A stretch of DNA of 64,000 bases from positions 62,001 through 126,000 of the IMG/VR virus record IMGVR_UViG_3300017528_000567; one strand, given 5' to 3'. Each line of letters opens with the position of its first letter. Positions within the stretch are counted from its first letter, which is position 1. The position numbers and the translations under genes are program-made. The notes under the pieces were generated by a model, which searched no databases, was not told where the DNA came from, and saw nothing but the letters and a program-made list of their open reading frames with translations. Below, one piece after another: positions 47,398 through 55,523 of the stretch.

Positions 47398-48273
47398 CTA
47401 CACCAGAAGTTTCCAGACAGCGTCACGCCACCAGCTGGCAACCCGCTTCAGCCAAGTCTGCGGGGTTCCAGGCGGCGGCTCAGGCGGCGGCTCAGGCGGC
47501 GGCGCTGGCGGTCTCGCCTCCTCCACAAGGGCGCGCATCCTTTGCGGGTCGCCGGTCGCCCGATGGTACCGGCTCGCCAGGTGTCCGTTCATGCCAGGGC
47601 GGTTCTGGCCCTCCCACATTTTGTTGGAGGCGTTGTGCCCAATGCTCGGGTGCCAAAGGTGCAAGACTTCGGCGTTCAGCGTCTTGTGCTTGCCGAACAA
47701 TGTATCGACAGCCCGCACAAAGGCCACATCCTCCCCGCCCCAACCCTCGAACCTCGGATCCATGCCGCCGACGCTCTCGAAAGCCTCGCGAGGCATGATT
47801 TGCACCATGGCCCCAAAATGGTGACCATACGTCGCCGTGGTCATCGACTCCACGTCCTCTGCAGCCGGCGGTGAGGGCAGCCGGACCGGCCACTTCGGGT
47901 CTGAGTTCAGGATGAGCTCAGTACTCGCCTCCACGAGGCGGTACAGACGGCGGTACGGGATGAACCAGCGGTTTTGCCCACGCCGAGCCGACTCTTCAAT
48001 GGCTCGTGCAGCCCGAAGAATCGTGTCGCCCCTGAGATAGGCATCGGAGTCCAGCAGCACAAAGATGCGGCCATGCGCCTTCTTCGCCGCATCATTGAGA
48101 GCTTCGGTCTTAGAGAAAGACGGGTTCGTAGAGGTGCCGATCACGACCTCTGCGTCCGGCAACTCGTACTGCCAGTAGGTTCGCAGCCAACTCCACAGCC
48201 GCGTCCGGTGCGGCGATGACGCACTTGCCCGGAACGGTACCAACAATGAGATTTGCGGTCTAGGATAGGTCAT
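47398..48273 (-). CDS. Glycosyltransferase (GT-A fold, GT2/GT7-like)
   Basis: LLVPF, FSKTEALNDA, LLDSD (DxD) and GGMDPRFEGWGGED. Confidence 0.88.
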   Translation of the reverse strand: MTYPRPQISLLVPFRASASSPHRTRLWSWLRTYWQYELPDAEVVIGTSTNPSFSKTEALNDAAKKAHGRIFVLLDSDAYLRGDTILRAARAIEESARRGQNRWFIPYRRLYRLVEASTELILNSDPKWPVRLPSPPAAEDVESMTTATYGHHFGAMVQIMPREAFESVGGMDPRFEGWGGEDVAFVRAVDTLFGKHKTLNAEVLHLWHPSIGHNASNKMWEGQNRPGMNGHLASRYHRATGDPQRMRALVEEARPPAPPPEPPPEPPPGTPQTWLKRVASWWRDAVWKLLV

Positions 48274-49022
48274 TTGGACAACCCCGCCAGTTTGCGCCCG
48301 TACTCCTCGAACACGTCGAAAAGTTCGTGCTGACGATCTTGAACCTTGTAGCGATGTGCCTCCTGAGTCACCCCAATCTGAAAGGGGACGCCAACGGCGG
48401 CACAGTGATCGCGGAACTTGAAGTCTCCGCCCTCCTTGGCAAATCTCTCGGTCATCTCAATTCGCCGCGGGATACCAAAGGCATCCGCCACGATGATCCC
48501 ATGGAGCGATGAGGAAACGATTTTCCGGCACTCACCGATCTTGCGTATCACCTCAAGCGGGTCCTCCGTTGGGCGAATAATCACGGGATTGTAACGCAGG
48601 AACTCAGGCCTTTGCTCCAAGGTCGTGTCCGACCAGTGCGGAACTATCCCAAGCGCGTGCTTCTTCTCCTGCCGCGGCACGAGCTCGTCCGCAAGAAGCC
48701 CCGCGTCACCAAGGACAAACTCCTTTTTCACACCCTTTACGCACTGCGCTGTCAGCGGCCCGCGTAGCGCCAATACCTGCGCTCGCGATAGATCAATGCT
48801 GCTGCCCTCCTTCAACTTACCCGAGCCAATGATCGTTCCGGCCCAGCCCGGAGGTAGATGCTCTAGGACAGAACCGACGCACACAAAGTTTGCTTCGCTG
48901 ACTGGAGCCCACGCCACCTCCAGATCGGCAAAGTGTGACAACAGCAAAGGTGTCAAAAGATCGCCGAAATTAGGTCTTCCACGCCACCAATAGCCAGTAG
49001 GAGCTACGCGAGAAGAAAGCAT
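48270..49022 (-). CDS. Polysaccharide pyruvyl transferase family protein
   Basis: NFGDLL, VGSVL, ALRGPLT, GDAGLL, VPHWSD and SSSLHGIIVADAFGIP. Confidence 0.88.
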   Translation of the reverse strand: MLSSRVAPTGYWWRGRPNFGDLLTPLLLSHFADLEVAWAPVSEANFVCVGSVLEHLPPGWAGTIIGSGKLKEGSSIDLSRAQVLALRGPLTAQCVKGVKKEFVLGDAGLLADELVPRQEKKHALGIVPHWSDTTLEQRPEFLRYNPVIIRPTEDPLEVIRKIGECRKIVSSSLHGIIVADAFGIPRRIEMTERFAKEGGDFKFRDHCAAVGVPFQIGVTQEAHRYKVQDRQHELFDVFEEYGRKLAGLSK

Positions 49023-49070
49023 AAAGCAAATTCTCCGGTGAAGGCCTACCAGTGTAATTTCATAAGGAGT

Positions 49071-49868
49071 CTATAACAGTTCGGCCTCCGAAAACGCCTG
49101 GTAAACCGCTGTCAAGATCAGCTTACGGCTGCGGGCGTTGAGATCCTTCTCGATCGCCGACCACGTAAAAGACAGCCGCAACGACGTGTCGACTAACTGG
49201 CGCCCGCTCATGTGCTCCTTGAGCTTGTGTGCCATTCGCACTGTCTCATCGACCACCTGTTGCATGAACGCTCTGACCTCTTTCGGGTCGTTTACATAAC
49301 TTTTCTGGTCCTTGACCTTGTGGTCCTCGTCATGCTCGTACTGACGCGGTGCGCGAAACGCCGCCTCCGCGGCGTGGGTCACCTCGTGAATCAAGATGCT
49401 GTACAGACCATACGGAAGGCATGTCTCGTGAGTACACTCGCCCAACGGCTGAAAGTACTCTGTGACAAAGTTGGTGAGGTCTCGATCCGGCCCGTTAGTA
49501 CCCAGGTACTCGTTCGGAGAAATGGCGCCATTCAGCCAAAGTACGACCTGCACGACGGCAGAGCCATTTTCGAAGCGCCGTCGCCCGGCCTCTCCGCCTA
49601 GCACCGGAAACTTCTTGGCGCTGGAAGCAGCTGCAATCACGATGACATCGATCCGGAGCTGCTCCTGCCCGTCGACCGAATCCGCGTAGAAATTCGTTTC
49701 GGCCAGCCCGGTTCGAGCACTGCTGCCGATCGGCTGGTCCGGATGCGGGTGACGCTTCAGCCAGCGCTTTATCTGCGGGACCAAGTCCTTTTCGACGGCA
49801 TACCTGATCGTTGCCTTGTCTATGCGAATCGGTCGCGCCGCCATCCTGCGGTCGTAACTGTACCCCAC
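49071..49868 (-). CDS. Zincin-like HExxH protein
   Basis: ILIHEVTHAAE with downstream YVNDPKEVRAF; AGGAGG RBS; N-terminus MGYSYDRR. Confidence 0.65.
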   Translation of the reverse strand: MGYSYDRRMAARPIRIDKATIRYAVEKDLVPQIKRWLKRHPHPDQPIGSSARTGLAETNFYADSVDGQEQLRIDVIVIAAASSAKKFPVLGGEAGRRRFENGSAVVQVVLWLNGAISPNEYLGTNGPDRDLTNFVTEYFQPLGECTHETCLPYGLYSILIHEVTHAAEAAFRAPRQYEHDEDHKVKDQKSYVNDPKEVRAFMQQVVDETVRMAHKLKEHMSGRQLVDTSLRLSFTWSAIEKDLNARSRKLILTAVYQAFSEAELL

Positions 49869-49903
49869 CTTGGCCTCCTAGCCTAGCCATCCGCCGAGCA
49901 CGA

Positions 49904-50530
49904 CTAGAACCCGATGAACTTCTGCGGGCTCAAGACACCGCGGCCCACGTAGGGGCCAAACGCGCTTCGCAGGCCCATGCCGAACCGGGGCTGCTGCAGA
50001 CCCTTGATGATGTTCACGGTTGCCTTCGTGTTCTCTAACTGTTTGTCGAACTGGTCAGACAGCGACTGGAACGCGCCTTCGTACTTGCTCGACTTCTCGA
50101 GGTCAAGAGAGACCCCGCCGATCGAGTAGGAGTTATGAGCGAGCACCCCGTTGGACAGAACGAAGTTCTGCGGACCGGGCACCGACAGATCGTAGGTGTG
50201 GTCCACCGGGGGCAGCACCAGAATGCTCTCCACACGCTCCAAGCCCACAACGCCGTCTCGCACCACAACCAGGCTAGAGCCGACCACAAGGGCGTCGACC
50301 CGCACCGGAACTAGCGCGCCCTCTCTAAGCCCGAACAAGCTGTGATCGCCTGTCACGGATACGGAAGCGGAGCCCACGCTTACCCGGTAGATCGGCTTGT
50401 TTGGCGTCGAGTGGCGCAGCACCGCTGTTACGACTGCCTCCACCGCCGACTGGCCCTCCACCGAGCGGACCTTGAGAGTGCCAGCTGTGTACGCCGCCTT
50501 GATTTTGTCCCTACGATGCCTGTCTATCAC
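49904..50530 (-). CDS. Split-intein C half (133 aa) fused to the C-extein (75 aa) of a head-tail adaptor-like protein
   Basis: GTG 50530 preceded by GGGAGG; block B VTGDH, block F YDLSV...NF, terminal LAHN followed by Ser (SYSIGG). Confidence 0.88.
   Translation of the reverse strand: MIDRHRRDKIKAAYTAGTLKVRSVEGQSAVEAVVTAVLRHSTPNKPIYRVSVGSASVSVTGDHSLFGLREGALVPVRVDALVVGSSLVVVRDGVVGLERVESILVLPPVDHTYDLSVPGPQNFVLSNGVLAHNSYSIGGVSLDLEKSSKYEGAFQSLSDQFDKQLENTKATVNIIKGLQQPRFGMGLRSAFGPYVGRGVLSPQKFIGF
50132..50530 (-). mobile_element. IntC fragment of a naturally split intein
   Basis: HINT motifs TGDH, YDLSVPGPQNFVLSNGVLAHN, and +1 Ser. Confidence 0.9.
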
Positions 50531-51476
50531 ACACCCTCCCGAAAGCCTTGACGACACGCTTAACGCACTTGGCTGGGTCTGCCTTTAGGTCGCACTCCTT
50601 GATGCGGATCACGCACCATCCCAGCCTCTTTAGGTACGTGGTCTTCCGACGATCTAAGGCGCGGTTTGCATCACACCCGGGAAAGCCGCAGCTGTCACAC
50701 CCGTGCCAGTAACAGCCGTCCATTTCCACGGCGACAAGCTCATCAGGCAGAGCCTCGTCGACCCGATAATACCCGACTTCGTACTCGCGCTTCACGGGCA
50801 GCCCGGCGTCAACGAGCAACTTCTCCAGCTCCTGATGCGGTCGCGTGAAGGTTTGCGTGATGCTCTTTCGCGCCTTAGCCGCTAGCTCCTGAGACAGCTC
50901 AGAATTCTCCCGATGCCACCTCGTGACCTTCTTTCGCATCGAGCCATCCGCCCAGCGCTCTTTAGACTCTCGCGACAGCCGCCGCCTGACAGCCGGCTGC
51001 TGGTTCAGCTTCCTCAAATGCTCACTCGCCTGCGCTCTATAGCCGGATTCCATCATGCGCTTTGAAGCTGCAGATATCTGTGCCTTAGTCACTTCGCCTT
51101 CCGCGGTCGCGAACCTCGCTGTGAGCACCTTAGACTGATACTGTTTCTCAGCCTCTGTCTTAGCCCGACGATCAGACACCACTGTGCAGGCAAGCGCGTC
51201 AGCGCCGTGCTTCGCGGCATACTCCTCGAAAGACATGTTCGCGCATGCCCGCACGTGCTTCGGCATAATAGCCCCCGCCCAAGCGCCGCACTCTCGGCAC
51301 ACCACATAGTCTCTACCCTCAACGAGCCGAGAGGTACTGGCCTCAAGAATACCCTTGCCATTAGAGACAAGGGTCCCGTTCAACACCAGCGTCTCGACAT
51401 GACGGTAATTCATGCCGTACTTCAAGATCACGTAGCGAAACGAGACGTAACCCTCAGGAAGTGCCCAGGATGCCAT
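50511..51476 (-). CDS. Free-standing Vsr/DUF559-like homing endonuclease
   Basis: C-terminal EYEVGYYRVDEAL...VEMDGCYWHGC...LGWCVIRIKE; N-terminal CRECG...H Zn finger and basic helical repeats; overlaps both intein-half genes. Confidence 0.85.
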   Translation of the reverse strand: MASWALPEGYVSFRYVILKYGMNYRHVETLVLNGTLVSNGKGILEASTSRLVEGRDYVVCRECGAWAGAIMPKHVRACANMSFEEYAAKHGADALACTVVSDRRAKTEAEKQYQSKVLTARFATAEGEVTKAQISAASKRMMESGYRAQASEHLRKLNQQPAVRRRLSRESKERWADGSMRKKVTRWHRENSELSQELAAKARKSITQTFTRPHQELEKLLVDAGLPVKREYEVGYYRVDEALPDELVAVEMDGCYWHGCDSCGFPGCDANRALDRRKTTYLKRLGWCVIRIKECDLKADPAKCVKRVVKAFGRVCDRQAS

Positions 51477-52239
51477 ACAACTCCTCTAGGGTAAGTTGAA
51501 TCTCCTCACCCTCGACCAGAACGGTGACCTGGGTATCGCCCACAAGCGAAAATTCGTCCGCGATCCAATTCAATCGCAACGCCTGGATAGCGAACATCAT
51601 AGCCCCAGTTAGGAGCAGTGTACGCCACTCCGGACGAAACATCACCATCTGGTCAACCGTCTGGAACGGCGTGCGCGGAGGTGCCGACGAGACCAAGTCA
51701 AGCGAACGCGCCAAGTACTCCTGCAACTCCACGTCTTCCCAGATGTAACCGAACACCCTGCTGAACTGCTGCACAGTTTCTTCGTGTGAAGGTGGCCGAA
51801 AATGGTAGTTGCGATCTGGATTGTTATCCCTTAACAGGATTCTCAGGCGTCCCATCAGGTCGTACTCGATCGCCGTCGCGTTGATTGCACCCCCAGTGAT
51901 CATGCTCGCGCTGCTAGTAGACAGCCCCGCCTTGTCGGTGACCGAGAACTCCTGCACCACCTGTTGCTGCGCACCGCCGATGATCTCACGGAACGTCCAG
52001 CGGACCCGGTACTCGCCCAGATTGGCGTCAAGCGGAACGATGATGCTCGCGAAGTACTCCCCAACCGACGGGTTGGCCGGAATGCGCAAAGGGATACCAA
52101 CAAGCACCTCCTGACCCGTCGTGAAGTCGTACAGGGCGTACGAAATCTCCGCGGCGTTCACCGGCGTGTTGGCGGCATTGACCAGATAGATGTTTAGATC
52201 ATTCCGGCCAAGCTGCTGTCCCCTATAGAAGTTAGTCAT
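51454..52239 (-). CDS. Head-tail adaptor-like protein N-extein (230 aa) fused to the split-intein N half (31 aa)
   Basis: ...NWIADEF|SLVGDTQV..., block A-like with Ser1; N-terminal Ig-like domain and a helical connector-like domain; neck cluster position. Confidence 0.8.
   Translation of the reverse strand: MTNFYRGQQLGRNDLNIYLVNAANTPVNAAEISYALYDFTTGQEVLVGIPLRIPANPSVGEYFASIIVPLDANLGEYRVRWTFREIIGGAQQQVVQEFSVTDKAGLSTSSASMITGGAINATAIEYDLMGRLRILLRDNNPDRNYHFRPPSHEETVQQFSRVFGYIWEDVELQEYLARSLDLVSSAPPRTPFQTVDQMVMFRPEWRTLLLTGAMMFAIQALRLNWIADEFSLVGDTQVTVLVEGEEIQLTLEELYGILGTS
51457..51549 (-). mobile_element. IntN fragment (31 aa) of a naturally split intein
   Basis: SLVGDTQVTVLVEGEEIQLTLEELYGILGTS then TGA; resembles the intein block A consensus (C/S)LxGDTxV. 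Confidence 0.8.
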
Positions 52240-52262
52240 GCGTCACCTAGCCCCCTGACGGT

Positions 52263-52664
52263 TCAGTCCTCTGACTTGGGCGCGGGCGGCGGCTCAGACT
52301 TCGTCTCCTGCTTCTTGTTGTGCTTGGCCCTAGACTGCAGGTCCTTCATCAACGCGTCCTCGTGCTCCTTGTCTTCCTTCTTCGCGGGCTTGGCAGGCTC
52401 CTTTGGCTTCCCCTCCTGCTTTTTGTTGTGCTTGGCTCTAGACTTCAGGTCCTTCATCAACTTGTCTTCGTCGCTCGCGTCGTCGGGTTTAGCGACAGAA
52501 TGGGATCTGGCGTCTGCATTGGGGTGCTTCTGCAGATACTTGTTGAGAGCGTCATTGCTCGGGAAGGTCTTAGCGAAACGATGCGCGACCGTCTCCGCTA
52601 GCGAAGCCTCCCTCAGCGCGAGCTCGAACGCCTGCAGGGCCGATTTTCTCGTGACGTGTCTCAT
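52263..52664 (-). CDS. Charged low-complexity protein with an internal repeat
   Basis: 133 aa; two copies of ED(K/A)LMKDL(K/Q)SRAKHNKKQE. Confidence 0.75.
   Translation of the reverse strand: MRHVTRKSALQAFELALREASLAETVAHRFAKTFPSNDALNKYLQKHPNADARSHSVAKPDDASDEDKLMKDLKSRAKHNKKQEGKPKEPAKPAKKEDKEHEDALMKDLQSRAKHNKKQETKSEPPPAPKSED
52305..52461 (-). repeat. Two 49-nt direct repeats, 108 nt apart, within the CDS
   Basis: 52305-52353 and 52413-52461 are near-identical. Confidence 0.85.
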
Positions 52665-52667
52665 GCC

Positions 52668-53483
52668 TTAATCCCATCCATACTTACAGGTTCTAGGTAG
52701 CGTGTCGCCGGGCACAGGGCACAACACCGAGTCGAACACGTAGAAGTAGCAATCCTTCTCTATGGGGCTAGCACCAAAGGATATTTGATAGTTCCATCGA
52801 ATCACCCACAACCCCGGCTGACCGCACTCCCCCGCCGTTCCGGTTGCGTAGTAGCAACCGAGGCTGCTGTTGCCCGGCTTGCGTCCGGACGGCCCCACTT
52901 GCTTAGGCTGGCACCCCTGCTGGATCTGATACAACGTGTAGCTGATGCACACCGGCCCCACGGGATTGCCGCCCTTGCCGGTCACGCAAATCGTGAGGTC
53001 CCCCATTCCGAACTGATGGCCCCACCGGAAGCTCTGTTTGACCAGGGGCGTCTGACAAATCGAGTACGGGACACAGATCACTTCCATGAACCCCGTGACA
53101 ACCGCGAGCCCATAGACTGGCTCCGGTTCCGAAAGAACCGCCGAGCTCGAGCCGATGACGTAGCCGCCGAGGACGATGCCCCTGGAGATGACAGCGCTCG
53201 CGTCACCTGAGCCTGTCGCGATTCCCTCGACCCCTGGGATTGGCAGCTCGACCACGGTCGCAGAGCCGCGAGTGAGCCCGGACAGATTGAAGACCCCCAC
53301 CGGGGACGCAGCGAGGCTTCCGACACCCTCGAACGTGTGAGAGACCACAGGGTCAATCTGCGCCGTCCCACCTAGCGCGCCTTGGCCGCCAGTCACACCA
53401 GCAAAGCCAAACGTCACCGCCAGCGAACCCGACGGCTCCCCCGTTCCAACCACGGTCCCGACTACGTCAATGATGAGGTCCAT
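52668..53483 (-). CDS. Putative virion decoration protein: Gly/Ala repeats plus a Cys-rich Ig-like domain
   Basis: The C-terminal half aligns by eye with the N-terminal domain of the adaptor gene 51454..52239. Confidence 0.7.
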   Translation of the reverse strand: MDLIIDVVGTVVGTGEPSGSLAVTFGFAGVTGGQGALGGTAQIDPVVSHTFEGVGSLAASPVGVFNLSGLTRGSATVVELPIPGVEGIATGSGDASAVISRGIVLGGYVIGSSSAVLSEPEPVYGLAVVTGFMEVICVPYSICQTPLVKQSFRWGHQFGMGDLTICVTGKGGNPVGPVCISYTLYQIQQGCQPKQVGPSGRKPGNSSLGCYYATGTAGECGQPGLWVIRWNYQISFGASPIEKDCYFYVFDSVLCPVPGDTLPRTCKYGWD

Positions 53484-53569
53484 CGCCTAATCCACGCTTT
53501 AAACAAAATCATCCCGGGAAACCACGCCCCCGAGATGACCCAACGCGTCAACTACGCGGTGATGTGCTG

Positions 53570-53839
53570 CTACTCGGGGGACTTTTCGTCATCATCAAAC
53601 TCAGGAAGTACACTTAGGGATGTGAGTGCCAGGCCGAAAACCACATAGTACAACAGGTCATTCACTGGGTCGGTCTGGAAGTACAACCACACAGCATGCG
53701 GTACGATAGCAACGGCCGCGGGAAGCAGTATCGCGACTAGCTTCGGAACGTGGCTCCACACAGGCCGAGCGACGTGCAGGAACCGACTCAGCAACAGCAA
53801 GATCGACACCACTATCGCTACGACTTCAACGGCTAACAT
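53570..53839 (-). CDS. Small membrane protein with three predicted TM helices
   Basis: ATG 53839 with AAGGAG RBS; three hydrophobic stretches and an acidic C-tail. Confidence 0.65.
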   Translation of the reverse strand: MLAVEVVAIVVSILLLLSRFLHVARPVWSHVPKLVAILLPAAVAIVPHAVWLYFQTDPVNDLLYYVVFGLALTSLSVLPEFDDDEKSPE

Positions 53840-53887
53840 ATCTATCTCTCCTTCATCTATTTTCAACGGGCAAACGCAAGCGGCGCT

Positions 53888-54283
53888 CTACCCTTCGATG
53901 CAAATCAGCTGCCCGGCTGGCATACGGACCTGATCCGACACATCCACCAACTTCGGCGCACTCAAGTTGCCGATGTACAGGATGTTGCCACCCGAGCTCG
54001 CGTCTATGAAGGCAAACGCGACAATCGAACCCCAAAGCGCTTGAGCTACGGGGAACAACACCTCAACGGCACTTACAACTTGGCCATTCACCGGCTCCGT
54101 GAACGTTACGAGCTGGCGAAAATAGCCGCCGCCCGCAACCTCGGTGCCAGCGCTGTCAACACCAGGGGCTACCGTGTAGAGCGCCACATAAACTGCCGGT
54201 GGCGGCACGAACGGGATGCCACGAAGCGCCGCGTTCAAGAAATTATTGTCAAGATAGATCGACTTAGGCATAGCTAGCAGCAA
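53888..54283 (-). CDS. Gp80-like phage fibre/structural protein, paralogue 2
   Basis: YLDNNFLNAALRG...VYVALYT...TEVAGGGYFRQLVTF...WGSI...DASSGGNIL. Confidence 0.8.
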   Translation of the reverse strand: MLLAMPKSIYLDNNFLNAALRGIPFVPPPAVYVALYTVAPGVDSAGTEVAGGGYFRQLVTFTEPVNGQVVSAVEVLFPVAQALWGSIVAFAFIDASSGGNILYIGNLSAPKLVDVSDQVRMPAGQLICIEG

Positions 54284-54687
54284 CCCCCACTTCCAGGAGG
54301 CTTGATAAATGAAGCAGAGAGACCGGACTCCATCGCAGGTGCGGATTGCACTACGTCGAAATCTTGAGCGGAGATCTGCTGGCCGGCTGGGTACGTGAGT
54401 AGGTTGCGCCAGTATCCGAGGGCATCTGGCCGAAAGCGAACGCTATAGAAGCCAGGATGCCCCGTGATCTCGTTGAAATAGATGCGGCCCGCCGTCACCT
54501 GAGCATCGGTGACCGCTGTCCCCGAGACCAACGGCCACGGCTGGATCGTGTTGTTGAAAAAGACCTGCGAGACTAACACCCCAGGAACGAGCCCCTGCAC
54601 GCGCGTAAACCCGTCAGGCGCGAAGAAGTCGACCTGGTCCAGTACGACCTGATTGGCCTGAACGATTCTGCCGCGTGTAGTTGCCAT
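54274..54687 (-). CDS. Hypothetical beta-rich protein (137 aa), probably virion
   Basis: Coupled starts and stops; ends GSGGCC. Confidence 0.75.
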   Translation of the reverse strand: MATTRGRIVQANQVVLDQVDFFAPDGFTRVQGLVPGVLVSQVFFNNTIQPWPLVSGTAVTDAQVTAGRIYFNEITGHPGFYSVRFRPDALGYWRNLLTYPAGQQISAQDFDVVQSAPAMESGLSASFIKPPGSGGCC

Positions 54688-54854
54688 CAGGCTCCTTGCT
54701 TGCGTGGCTCCGGCCTAGGCTCGGGCGTCGGGCGACGAACCGGGGCATTGGCAGACGAGCCGCGCATTACAGCCGCAACACTAACTTGTCGGACAATCGC
54801 GGCCTGTGTTTCGGCGGACCCGGTGATATGAGTCTCGACATTGATGAGCGGCAT
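54687..54854 (-). CDS. Small 55-aa protein (MPLINVETHITGSAETQAA...)
   Basis: Hand-found; TAATG overlap at the start and TGATG overlap at the end fill the gap exactly. Below the ORF-track cutoff. Confidence 0.65.
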   Translation of the reverse strand: MPLINVETHITGSAETQAAIVRQVSVAAVMRGSSANAPVRRPTPEPRPEPRKQGA

Positions 54855-55441
54855 TAGCGTTCCTCTCTGCGTCTGTTTCGATTTGCTGCAGGCGTCACTG
54901 AATAGGACGGTGGCGGGGGAGCCGGAGGCACGATCCTGAGCGTAGGAATCGTGGGCGGCGGAGCCGTCGACGGGACCTGATGGCCACGGCTAAGGTTGGG
55001 CACCGTCACTTTAGTGGGGTCGACGATGAGCGCTGAGTTGGTGGCGATGGCCACAATAGCGTTCATGTCGGACTCTGAAGTCGCGGCGAACAGCGCAGCG
55101 CCCGCTATGGAAGCCGTAATCGGAACCAAGCGTCTGGCATTCGCAGGCACGGCGGATTCGCCGAGCAAAGCTGCCACGGCAGCATACTTCGCCGATGAAC
55201 TTGAAGAAGCACCAGCAAGGCCAGGCATAGAAACACCTGCCGGAACGATGCGTACGGCATTAGAGGCCAGGTCGGAGTTACCTACCAGAGCCGATGGCGC
55301 CGCAGCAGACTTGCGGATGACAGTGGCAATCCATCCAGATCCGCCGAGCAGAAAGGAGGTCTCATCGAATAGGAACCCCCCAACTGCTGACCATGTCGAG
55401 TCACCATCTATAGCGACCGTGCCCTCTATAGTAGCCATCAT
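54854..55441 (-). CDS. Ala/Ser-rich repeat protein (fibre or decoration candidate)
   Basis: Periodic A-x-x-x-G-x-S-x-x-x-A segments; start ATG 55441 with GGGGG RBS; follows a Gp80-like gene. Confidence 0.7.
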   Translation of the reverse strand: MMATIEGTVAIDGDSTWSAVGGFLFDETSFLLGGSGWIATVIRKSAAAPSALVGNSDLASNAVRIVPAGVSMPGLAGASSSSSAKYAAVAALLGESAVPANARRLVPITASIAGAALFAATSESDMNAIVAIATNSALIVDPTKVTVPNLSRGHQVPSTAPPPTIPTLRIVPPAPPPPSYSVTPAANRNRRREER

Positions 55442-55523
55442 CACCCCCGAAAAGAGTCGAACTCTGATGCACCTATGACCAGTTAGGCCCACAGATAACT
55501 CGGGACCTGCGGGTCACCGAGAA

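Noticed and set aside
47470-47505. 12-nt tandem repeat as a phase-variation site
   Set aside because: The repeat is in frame and encodes a PPEP linker at the end of the glycosyltransferase.
49904-52239. A cis-intein degraded by frameshifts (pseudogene)
   Set aside because: IntC has its own RBS and start, the catalytic motifs are intact, the halves are charge-complementary and the host gene is probably essential. Not formally excluded without reads.
53570-53839. Holin
   Set aside because: Three TM helices fit, but the C-tail is acidic and there is no adjacent endolysin; kept only as a membrane protein.
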